Part shown: positions 27,685 to 38,510 of the stretch, piece by piece | How the letters are laid out: each line of letters starts with the position of its first letter | Position numbering within the stretch: position 1 is the stretch's first letter | NCBI RefSeq assembly: GCF_006345805.1 | Contig: NC_043017.1 | Coordinates: 2,418,001-2,482,000 of the forward strand | DNA: 64,000 bases | Source of the DNA: Octopus sinensis | Taxonomy: Eukaryota | Direction of reading: 5' to 3' | The notes under the pieces: model-generated | The model's input: only the letters and a program-made list of their open reading frames with translations | Databases searched by the model: none | Told to the model about the DNA's origin: nothing | Translations under genes and position numbers: made by a program

Positions 27685-27940
27685 CTTACTCTTTTACTTG
27701 TTTCAATCATTTGGCAGTGGCCATGCTGGAGCAACGCCTTTAGTCGAACAACTCGACCACGGGACTTATACTTTGTAAGCCTATTCTATCGGAATCCTGA
27801 CGATTGGGCTATCCAGGATTTTCTTACATCTAGCCCAAGCCTGCACAAAACTGGAGAGGAAACTGGAGAGGACATGAAATGTAAAAACCAGACTGGATTA
27901 GTTTATACGCAACTCTATTGTCTCCAAGTCAAAAGGATGC

Positions 27941-27997
<57 letters not shown>

Positions 27998-28122
27998 ATA
28001 TATACGTCAGGCTTCTTTCAGTTTCCGTCAAGGTTTTGGTCGGCCCGAGGCTATAATACAAGATACTTGCCCAAGGTGCCACGCAGTAGGTCTGAACCCG
28101 GAACCATATGGTTGGTAAAGAA
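27685..28122 (-). mobile_element. SINE family A, interrupted by a ~160-bp unrelated segment
   Basis: 3' part 27685-27792, foreign segment 27793-27950, (TA)n, 5' half 28004-28122. Confidence 0.8.
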
Positions 28123-28729
28123 GCTACTTACCACACAGCCATACAAACTAGACATCAATGCTGACCTATTTCACATTGTGTTACTTTTACGAATTGTACC
28201 GTGAGTACATATATTGTAACCTACAACGGACTTCAACGATGGATCAGAAAATGCATATTTAAACAGAGATGAAAGACGCGACGTTGATATCGCAAAATAT
28301 TACGACAGACTTCGCCATTACCTACAACAACATCCTTATTAGCATTAATCATCATCAATATCATCACCCAGATCATCGTCATCATCCTCAGTTTCGTCAT
28401 CATCATCATCATCATCAGCACCAACTTGTGCATCTGAAGTATGAAAGAGGAGAACGATGTGGATGATGAAGATGAAAATGAAAAAGGAGGTGAAAAAGAT
28501 TAAGAAAAAAGATGAAGAAAAGTAAAGGAGGAGGAGGCAGAAGAGAAGAAACTGGTGGAGAGAAAGCAAAAAGAAAAATTTAAATAAAAAAAGATTAAGT
28601 AAAAAATGGATTTGAAAGGGAAATTAATTTTCGCCAATTAATTTTTAGCAATAAAGTTTACATCTAATTTCCGTCTAATTATATAGTTGCTATTTTCATT
28701 AAATTAACCAAGTGCCCTTAAACCTATGC

Positions 28730-28776
28730 ATACATGTGAATGTATGTAGGTTTGTATGTATATATGTACGCATATT

Positions 28777-28818
<42 letters not shown>

Positions 28819-29447
28819 TATATATACGTTTGTGTGTATGTATATGTGTATTTATATGAATGTGTATGTATATACATGTGTATGCATGTATATATGTGTG
28901 TGTGTGTGTGTGTGTATAGGCATATGTATGCATATATATATATATGAATATGTATGTCTGAATATGCATATATATATGTGTATATATGCATATCTATATG
29001 TGTATACATGCATATGCATGCATGTGTATGTATGCATATATATATATGCACTTAGATATATACATATATATGTATGCATATGCATGTGTATATGTATGTA
29101 CATACATATGTATATATGCATGTATTATATGTATTTGTATTTATGTACCTATCTTTACGTATATGTGTATATATATATATATATATACATATATATATAA
29201 GGTATGCCAGTCTGTATAAATATATATCTATGTACTTCCTATGTATATACATACAGGCATATCACGTGTGTACGGATGTCTCTCCTATTCAAATTCATTA
29301 TTCACACACACACACACACACACACACACGTTATATTACGTATTTATATATTTTTACATAATATATGTATTTATATGTGACTTGCATACGTGTGTGCACG
29401 TACATGTACCTCAATTTGCATATTGTTTATTTACTTCTATCAATTCA

Positions 29448-29489
<42 letters not shown>

Positions 29490-29840
29490 CGTTCATCGTC
29501 TTTTCCTTCATTAAACCTTCTCTTTCTTGCTTCCTCCAATTCTCTTTTTGTACCGCCACAAGTCACACTTCTTGCTGCTGCTACTACTACTACTACCACT
29601 ACTACCACTACTACTACAACCACTACTACTACTACCACTACTACTACCACTACTAATACTACCACTACTACTACTAGCACTACCATTACTACTATTACTA
29701 CTACTACCACTACTACTACTACCAATACTACTACTACCACTACCACAACTACTACCACTACTACTACCCCTACAACTACCACTATTACTACCATTACTAC
29801 TACTACTACTACTACTACCACTACTACTACTACTACCACT
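28730..29840. repeat. TA/TG array followed by (GCT)n and (CTA/CCA)n arrays
   Basis: Direct inspection. Confidence 0.95.
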
Positions 29841-29941
29841 GGAAGTTCAATCATCCTATATAGAAACACATCTGTGCATTGAAATGGTTTATTGTTCCTG
29901 CATATATACTCAAATATACACGCATGCGTGAGGGTGCACTT

Positions 29942-30150
29942 TCATTTTTACTTTGTTTCAGTCATGCTGGAGCACCGCCTTTAGTCGAGCAAATCGACCC
30001 CAGGACTTGTTCTTTCTAAGCCTTGTACTTATTTGCCGAACTGCTTACTTACGTGGACTTAAACACACCAGCATCGGTTAGTAAGCGATGTTGGGGACAC
30101 AGACAGAAACATATATACATACACGCACACACACACACATATGTATATAC

Positions 30151-30192
<42 letters not shown>

Positions 30193-30355
30193 GATGATCG
30201 TCTTTCAATATCCGTCTACCAAATCCACTCACAAGGATTTGGACGGCCCGATGCTATATTAGAAGACACTTGCCAATGGTGCCTCGCAGTGGGACTGAAC
30301 CCGGACCCATGTCGTCTGTAAGCAAGCTACTTACCACAAAGCCCCTCTTGCGCCT
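29942..30355 (-). mobile_element. SINE family A
   Basis: Head, body, CA/TA linker and tail, with small deletions. Confidence 0.9.
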
Positions 30356-30470
30356 ATAATAAGTATTTCCTATGTATTTTGTTAAAAGTCGCTTTTGCTT
30401 GACATGAAACGATAGTATACCTAAATCGATCTACTTTTAGAGAAACCTTATGAAATTTTCTCAGTATCTT

Positions 30471-30588
30471 CGCCTTTCATCCTTTCGCTGTCGGTAAATT
30501 AAGTACCAGTTGTGTACTGTGGTCGATCTAATCGACTGATCCTCTTCCCAAAAATTCCGTGTCTTGTGCCTAGAGTAGAAAAGAATAA
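30471..30588 (+). mobile_element. SINE family B, 3' part
   Basis: gcctttcatcctttcg...ttaagtaccagtt...gtcgatctaatcgac...gtgcctagagtagaa. Confidence 0.8.
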
Positions 30589-30980
30589 TTTAAACATTAT
30601 TCATATCATTATCTCATGTACTTATTGTCTGTGTTTTGTTAAAACGCTTATTAATTGCAGAATTTTGTTTTTAAGGCATCTAGTGTTATAAACACTGTAT
30701 ACTTTAAAACTGGGCGAAACAATTCGGGGGTGGGGAGGTAGATGAACGTGAACAATGGCTATCGATATTTCGCTGTCGTTTCAGTTCGTCAGTACCAGCT
30801 ACCCCTCGAAACGAATCCAAATCGCTGGTAGAAGTACAGTATAAAATCTAGCTACTGATATGCAATAGAGCCGCACGAGAAAATCAAAATTAAATTTTGT
30901 GTTAGAAGCAGTTTTAGAGAGGCAAACGCTATTGGTGTTACGTACTTAACAGTACAAGTCTCGATTTGTTCGACAACAGT

Positions 30981-31381
30981 GTAGGAGTGGCTGTGTGGTA
31001 AGTAGCTTGCTTACCAACCACATGGTTCCGTGTTCAGTCCCCCTGCGTGGCACCTTTGGCAATTGTTTCTACTACAGCCTCGGGCCGACCAAAGCCTTGT
31101 GAGTGGATTTGGTAGACGAAAACTGAAAGAAACCCGTCGTATATATGTATATATATGTGTGTGTGTATATGTTTGTGTGTCTGTGTTTGTCCGCCCCAAC
31201 ATCGCTTGACAACCGACGCTGGTGTGTTTACGTCCCCGTAACTTAGCAGTTCGGCAAAAGAAACTGATAGAATAAGTACTAGGTTTACAAAAGAACAAGT
31301 CCTGGGGTCGATTTGCTCGACTAAAGGCGGTGCTCCGGCATGGCCGCAGTCAAATGACTGAAACAAGTAAAGAGAGTAAAA
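30981..31381 (+). mobile_element. SINE family A, full length
   Basis: All modules present; close to the within-window consensus. Confidence 0.93.
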
Positions 31382-32462
31382 CAGAGTTACAGCCACTTCA
31401 TGGTACTGCTCCAGCATTGACCTAATTCAACTCCTGGAAAACAAACAGAAACAAAAAAAAAACAGGACGACAAAGGAAATTATACGCTACTTATTTCTCT
31501 GAAGCAGATCCCTGATCTGTGGTTAATCAATATATTGAAGTGTAGCGAAGCGGCATTTAGAATCTGGGGTAGACTAGATTCTTTTGTATATGACAAACGA
31601 TGTTGAAAATCCATTGAGTGTATAGTAGAACATTACCGATCGACTTCGGAATAAGGTCATGAGAAGGCTTCCTTCAATGATTGTTAATTCATCAGCGATT
31701 GATATTTTCTCATCTCATTTAATCAATGCAGGTATTTACATAGGTAAAGTCATTTTATATGTTACAACAGGTAAAACGTTCAAATAAAAACAATGCATTC
31801 TATTTATTTTCTTTCCGTTAGTCTTTTCGTATCGATAATAATCGAATTGATTAATTATTGGATCATCGGTCTGTTCTATAGAGTTAATTATATCTTCGTT
31901 GCGTATATTTCTTATGTGACTGCAACCAAATTGAAATTCCTTCAGCATTGATTGTCTTCTATCGGTGACTACAGATTGCAGAGTAATTCCCCAAAGTTCC
32001 ATTCTATTATATTACAAGGTAGGGGGGGAAAAAAATTTCATTTTAATCTTCTCCGGTTCGGTATTTGTAGGCTGAGTAATTATTACTACTTTACTGTATG
32101 CACGTGTGTGTACGTCCGTATATACACATACAAACACACGTTGTTACATATACATGCATACACAAATAAATGCGCATACTTAGATGTACACATAGATACA
32201 CACATAAAATACATTCATACATATAATTATATTGCCAAAAATATGACCATTCCGAAATATAACAATGTGTGTGTGTCTCGTTGCTCTTATGCAAAAGTGT
32301 CGTATGTCTAAAACGTTGCTTTTTTCAGCAAACGAGAAAATAGTTTCACCATTCCGTAGTAAAACTGTTGTACTACACTTGAACAATTTTTGATAAGTAT
32401 TTTGTCCGGCGCAGTAACAATTCAGCCAGCTCGCCAACTTAATAATAATCTTTTCTCTTCTA

Positions 32463-33010
32463 GGCATAAGGCCCGAAATTTTGGGGGAGGCGGGTACTTA
32501 ACTGGTACTTAATTTATCGATCCCGAAAGGAAAGAACGGTAAAGTCGACCTCGGCGGAATTTGAACTCAGAACGTAGCGGCAGACAAAATACCTATTTCT
32601 TTACTACCCACAAGGGGCTAAACACAGAGAGGACAAACCAGGACAGACAAACGGATTAAGTCGATTATATCGATCCCAGTGCGTAACTGGTACTCAGTTT
32701 ATCAACCCCGAAAGGATGAAAGGCAAAGTCGACCTCGGCGGAATTTGAAATCAGAACGTAGCGGCAGACAAAATACCTATTTCTTTACTACTCACAAGGG
32801 GCTAAACACAGAGAGGACAGACAAGGACGGACAAACGGATTAAGTCGATTATATCGACCTCAGTGCGTAACTGGTACTTATTTAATCGACCCCGAAAGGA
32901 TGAAAGGCAAAGTCGACCTCGGCGGAATTTGAACTCAGAACGTAGCGGCAGACGAAATACTGCTAAGCATTTCACCCGGCGTGCTAACGATTCTGCCAGT
33001 TCGCCGCCTT
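32463..33010 (-). mobile_element. SINE family B with two tandem 184-bp units plus terminal unit
   Basis: Unit starts (GTATTT on the minus strand) at 32960, 32776 and 32592. Confidence 0.92.
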
Positions 33011-34459
33011 AATAATAATAATAATAATAATAATAACAACAACAATTATTACATAACATTAAAAAAAAGTATGTGTGCGTATAGATACATATTTACGTTT
33101 TATATATGTATAGATGTATGTATTTATACATGTGTGTGTGTGTGCACATATATCAATATACATTATATATGTGTTTATATGTGTATATATATTCACACAT
33201 ATTCTGATTATATAATGAGGCGGTCGTTTAGGTGTACTCATTAAGCTCATTATGCTTACTAATTGCATTTCTCTTAGTTATCACTTTTAATATATCTATA
33301 TATTCATTGTTGAGTGGTTTTTATTGGGCACTACATAATTAATTGTATTTTGTTCATTATCTTCCCATTTCACAGGAAATCCTCTCATCTGATCATCAGA
33401 TGACATAACAACAGTGAGTCTCCATTGTAAGTAGAGACAGAAACTGCGTAGATCAACAGTTTTATTAAGTTTTATTAAATGAAAGATGTCGTTAATTCTC
33501 TAACAGAACTGATTGCCTTTTTTGTCTTCTTTTGGTTGCATCAGTCATTGAAGTGCGGCCATGCTAGGGCACCACCTTGAATTGACACGAGTACTTATTT
33601 TCTTTTTTTAGGTTTACGATTCGTTTTATGTCTCTTTTGCCCATTGTTGCAGGAATGCAAGCAGACACTGATTAGCAAGTGGTGCCGGTAGAGTCAGACA
33701 CAAATCCACATAAATTTACATATATTAGTAAAAAGTAAGGGGTTATCCCAAAATGATTACCAGTTTGCTCTTAGTTAGGTCTTCAAAATATGGTATTCAA
33801 TAGTTAACATCCAAGAAACAGATGAATATTCAGTTGTATAATTCTGAATACATTTCCTTGACCATATGGGTTTCCTTGGGTGTAGATATTGACAAAAGAA
33901 ATATATAAAAAGTAAAGAAATATTAAAAATAAGGCTCACTGCGAAGTAGCAATAGCACTATCTTTAATTCTCTAATTATAAACTGCCTTTTACCCCGATT
34001 AATAACCCTACTATAAGATGATACAGTCTCATGCTTGCACATGAGGAAATTTACATTTGCTAAATATGAGTAATTATCATTTAAACTAGACAAGGTTTTG
34101 AAATGATAGTCGAAAAAAAGTCATTTCTAGACCATTCCTTGACCGGAACGCACAAATATTTCTTTTAGACAATAGAAATCCCTTATCTCACTCTCTAACA
34201 CTTTGAATTCTACATCATGAAACTATATTTAAGAAAAACTTCAACGAAAAATCTCCAGACATGTTCTTGACCACCAGAAAGAAGATTGTTTTTACTGTTT
34301 TTACTTCAATTTTTTATAAATTTTTTCTTGTATTTGATAAGATGAAATACATCGAAAGTAGTAATATTAATATTTTTATTTATGCAATCTTTTATTAAAT
34401 TACCTCTTATACTGAAATGGCTTAGTGCTATTTTCACCTCCATCTTGTGTGCATATATG

Positions 34460-34515
<56 letters not shown>

Positions 34516-34518
34516 CAC

Positions 34519-34737
34519 TATTCAATATGTGACCGCGTGTGTATCGTTGGCGATTTTTTTCCTCCGTCTTCCCTTCCTTGGATCTTTCTTTTTCCCATGT
34601 TTCTGACGAAGAGCTCCGCTCGAAACGTTAAATCCATTTTATTTATTTCCTTTCCTGAGCGTCGAATGACACTAAACTTGTTCCACGTCCTCGCGTTGCT
34701 GTGTTTTCTCTTTGGGTTTTCATGTTTAGATTAACTT
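34519..34737 (+). mobile_element. Penelope-type terminal-repeat fragment inserted in (TA)n
   Basis: Pyrimidine-rich ~220-bp island bounded by (TA)n on both sides and carrying a CTGAnGAAG...CGAAACG hammerhead core. Confidence 0.6.
34596..34670 (+). ncRNA. Minimal type I hammerhead ribozyme motif, core intact
   Basis: CUGACGA (34603-34609), extra A, stem II GAGC-UCC-GCUC, GAAA (34622-34625), stem III CGUU/AGCG, GUC site (34661-34663). Stem I is short and wobble-rich. Confidence 0.65.
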
Positions 34738-34769
<32 letters not shown>

Positions 34770-36289
34770 ATAAGTCTGGTCCTTCAGCCCCGGAATCCAA
34801 AACTCTGAATTTTATTATAACAACCAATTGTCACATATTACATTTATTGATAAATTCCTCTATTTTACATAATATCGAGGTCTCATTATTATTATTAATA
34901 TTAATACCAAGCGAGAATAGTTACCGGTCTAGCAACTTATTGTTAATTCGGGTATCACTAAAGGACTGTTGCTCCTAGCCGACATCGGAAACCAATCTAA
35001 GAGATAAAATGGTAACCGCCAGGATTATACACACGATGATCTTCCAAACAGTTTCTGACAACCAGATTCGTTTACAAGTCATTGCCCGGCTCGCATCTAC
35101 AGTAAATGCCATTTGCCCAAGATGCTGTGCAGTAGGACTGAACCTGAAGACTCGCCGTTGCAAAGCAATCTTCTTAACCACACAGTCACACACCTGACTA
35201 TTACTTAAACTGTTGTAAAAATACATAAAAACGCTGTGTAATCTTTCCGTTTTATAATTAGTTTAGCAAACGTTGTCTCCATTAATTTGATACTTGTTGG
35301 GTTGTAGAGTCTTATGTATGTTCACAGCGAGCATGACCAAACCTTCGTTAACTCTCACTACCTTTCAAAATACCGAATCGTGCCGTATTTTCTTACCTTG
35401 GATACTACTGGTGTAAGTACCTCTAGAATGCCAAGACAGTCGTATCGAAAATTATGAGATTCATAACTAAAATAACTTTGAACATATGCAGATTTCCCTA
35501 TTTAATCAGATTTGATATGAGTATTGAACAATCTCACCAATTACAACAACATACTAAAACACTACAATCAAATAAAGCTATCTTTTATGTACAACTTGGT
35601 CCATGACCTCGTTTTTTATTCAATCTAGAAGCCATTTTACTGAATTTATGTTCGTTAAAATGAGAAGCTGACATAATCTCGTTTCCTCTTTCGGTTGTGG
35701 TATTCAGTACCTCGTGTCAAAAAAGAGAATAATATATTGAATGTATAACTCCATATTGGACTCCCTGTCGTAAGCATATACAGGAAACTGTTGCCGCAAA
35801 TCGGGAGGATATATAATACGCACGCTCACATACACACACACACACACACACATAAACAAATACATATTAGAATCGACAAAGAGACGAGCAATCACACGCA
35901 CGTATATGTGTGACTGTTCGTGCATGTGTCTACGTGTGCTGACCCAGATATATGACACCACTGCTACTTAAGTCCTGTGAACATTTATCCTGCAAAGTTA
36001 ATTAATTGAACAAATTAACCCATTAAGTTACTTGTTGTTATTTTTCAGTAGCCTTTTTTTTTCTTTTTAGCTTCATACTTTCAGTGTAACATCGAGCCCA
36101 GCTCTGTGGGTATTGAGAGTGTTTATTCTCTTCTTTCGGTTAGATCTTTTCTGCTGTACTGACAACCCTTGTATTAGCATAATTAGTATTACTTATTCCT
36201 GTATACTATGTGCATATGTAAGTTCTTCGGTATTGCTTATGTATACGTACGGATGTTTGCCATATTAATACCGGAACGCCCATTGTTTC

Positions 36290-36501
36290 TGCTTTCAATG
36301 CCCTCAATCCGTTTCCAGATCTTTTGATCCAGTTCTTCTTCGTGGAGAAATGCATCATCACCTGTTGCGACAGAGATTTTGATTAGAAAGAACTTTGTTT
36401 TCTGGTCGTCTCTGAGAAAAATATCTGACATTGTTGTTGCCTATCCTTTGAGACTTTTTGTAATGTATGCTTGCACCGTTTATTTTCAAAATGCCTTCGT
36501 A
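36290..36501 (-). mobile_element. Possible decayed mariner transposase remnant
   Basis: KHTLQKVSKDRQQQCQIF / FFLIKISVATGDDAFLH resembles the mariner PHxLT...RRVxIC...FLxRIVTGDExW region. TIR-like tacgaaggcattttgaaaata ends at 36501. Confidence 0.35.
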
Positions 36502-36534
36502 CATTTCTGTGTAATATAATCTTAGCTGTTATGG

Positions 36535-36899
36535 GTAAAAGGCCTGATGTTTTTTGGGAGGAAAGGGGTAAGTCGATCCCATTGATCCTAGTGCTTGATT
36601 GGTACTTAATCTATCGACCCCGAAAGGATAAAAGGCAAAGTTAGATTCAAAAATGTAAACACGGACGAAATACCGATTTCTTTACTACCCACAAGGGGCT
36701 AAACACAGAGGAGACAAACAAGAGCAGACAGACGGATTAAGTCGATTATATCGACCCCAGAGCGTAACTGGTACTTAATTTATCGACCCCGAAAGGATGA
36801 AAGGTAAAGTAAACCTTGGCGGAATTTGAACTCACAACGTAACGACAGACGAAATACTGCTAAGCATTTCGTCCGGCGTGCTAACGTTTCTGCCAGCTC
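36535..36899 (-). mobile_element. SINE family B with one 184-bp unit plus terminal unit
   Basis: Unit starts at 36857 and 36673. Confidence 0.88.
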
Positions 36900-37457
36900 T
36901 ATATTTCTAATATATGCTTTTGTTACATCTATTTTCATCGTTTTTTGTAACAGAAGGGTTTTGTGTATCCCCTCCCAACCCCGAAACAAAAACACATAGA
37001 CCATCCCTTGCATACCAGTCACATTTGAATCGGATGTACTAACTTGAAACATTAACTGTTAAACTATGAAACGGAAACAGTGTACTTGGCACTGAGATTT
37101 ACTGATAATCCGGTCAGCCCCTCCGCCTCTATGGGAAGCCTTTGTTAAATTATTTGTTTCTGTAATTGTTGATTGTATTATAATAGAAACCAAACAACAA
37201 TGGAGATGTTGGGATTTTATGACAGGCTTTGTCTGTCGCGTGACGAAGAAAACTAATGCAAACAAGAAAAGAAACTGCACCGTTGAATTTGCTGGTGGCG
37301 AATCTGCCTAATTTGTTACAAAGAAAAAACCATTTAGTGCAGTTCAAAATGCCTTTAATAGACGCCTATTTATTTGTTTATTTTTCATCTATATATATAT
37401 ATATATATATTTATTTATATATATATATATATATATAATATATATAATATATTTATT

Positions 37458-37489
<32 letters not shown>

Positions 37490-37529
37490 ATATATATATT
37501 AATATATATATATATATATTTATTTATAT

Positions 37530-37562
<33 letters not shown>

Positions 37563-37775
37563 TTGGTTACAGTAAATCCACCAGTACAAATGTACTGGTG
37601 GATTTCACTCCGACTTTTGGAGATACATGTTTAAATGTCTGTGATGAGTTTATATTTAAAATTTTTATTTTCTCTCTGGTTATTCAGACCATTAGACTTA
37701 AATTCAGAGATAAATTAAAATTTGGCATTTAATATTATTATATAAATAAGGTGACGAGTTCACAGAATTGTTAGC

Positions 37776-37896
37776 AGGCGCAGGAGTGGCTGTGTGATAA
37801 GTAGCTTGCTTACCAACCACACGGTTCCGGGTTCAGTCCCACTGCGTGGCATCTTGGGCTGACCAAAGCCTTGTGAGTGGATTTGGTAGACGGAAA

Positions 37897-37932
<36 letters not shown>

Positions 37933-37939
37933 TATATAT

Positions 37940-37970
<31 letters not shown>

Positions 37971-38095
37971 GCATGTGTGTGTATATGTTCGTATGTCTGT
38001 GTTTGTCCCCCAACATCGCTTGACAACCGATGCTGGTGTGTTTACGTCCCCGTGACTTTAGTCGATTTGCTCGATAAAGGCGGTGCTCTAGCATT
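37776..38095 (+). mobile_element. SINE family A with internal deletions
   Basis: Head, shortened body, (CT)(TA) linker; tail fused to a family B copy. Confidence 0.88.
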
Positions 38096-38510
38096 TCATC
38101 CGTCTTTATGTTGTGAGTTCAAATTCCGCAGCGGTTGACATTGCGTTTCGTCCTTGTAGGATCGATATAGTAAGTTGAACACTGGGGTCGATGTAATCGA
38201 CTTTATCCCTCCCTCGAACTTCCTAGCCTTGTGTCAGAATTTGAAATCGGTACCTGTGATGGGTTTTGTTTTCCTCTGGTTACGTTCAGAGATTAATTAA
38301 ATTTTGACAATTAACACTTTTATCTAAATAAGGAGACGAGCTGATAGAATCGTCTGTACGCTGGACAAAATCCTTATTGGTATTGCGTCTGTTGCGACAT
38401 TATGTGTTCAAATTCCGCCAAGATTGACTTTGCCTTTTGTCCTTTCGGGGTCGATAAATTAAGTACAAGTGAAACACTAGGGTCGCCGTAGTCGACTTAC
38501 CTCCTCTCAC
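38096..38510 (+). mobile_element. Two diverged SINE family B copies
   Basis: Cores at ~38096-38250 and ~38333-38510. Confidence 0.78.

Noticed and set aside
32463-33010. Regularly spaced repeats suggestive of a CRISPR array
   Set aside because: These are 184-bp tandem units without unique spacers, in a eukaryotic SINE context with no cas genes.
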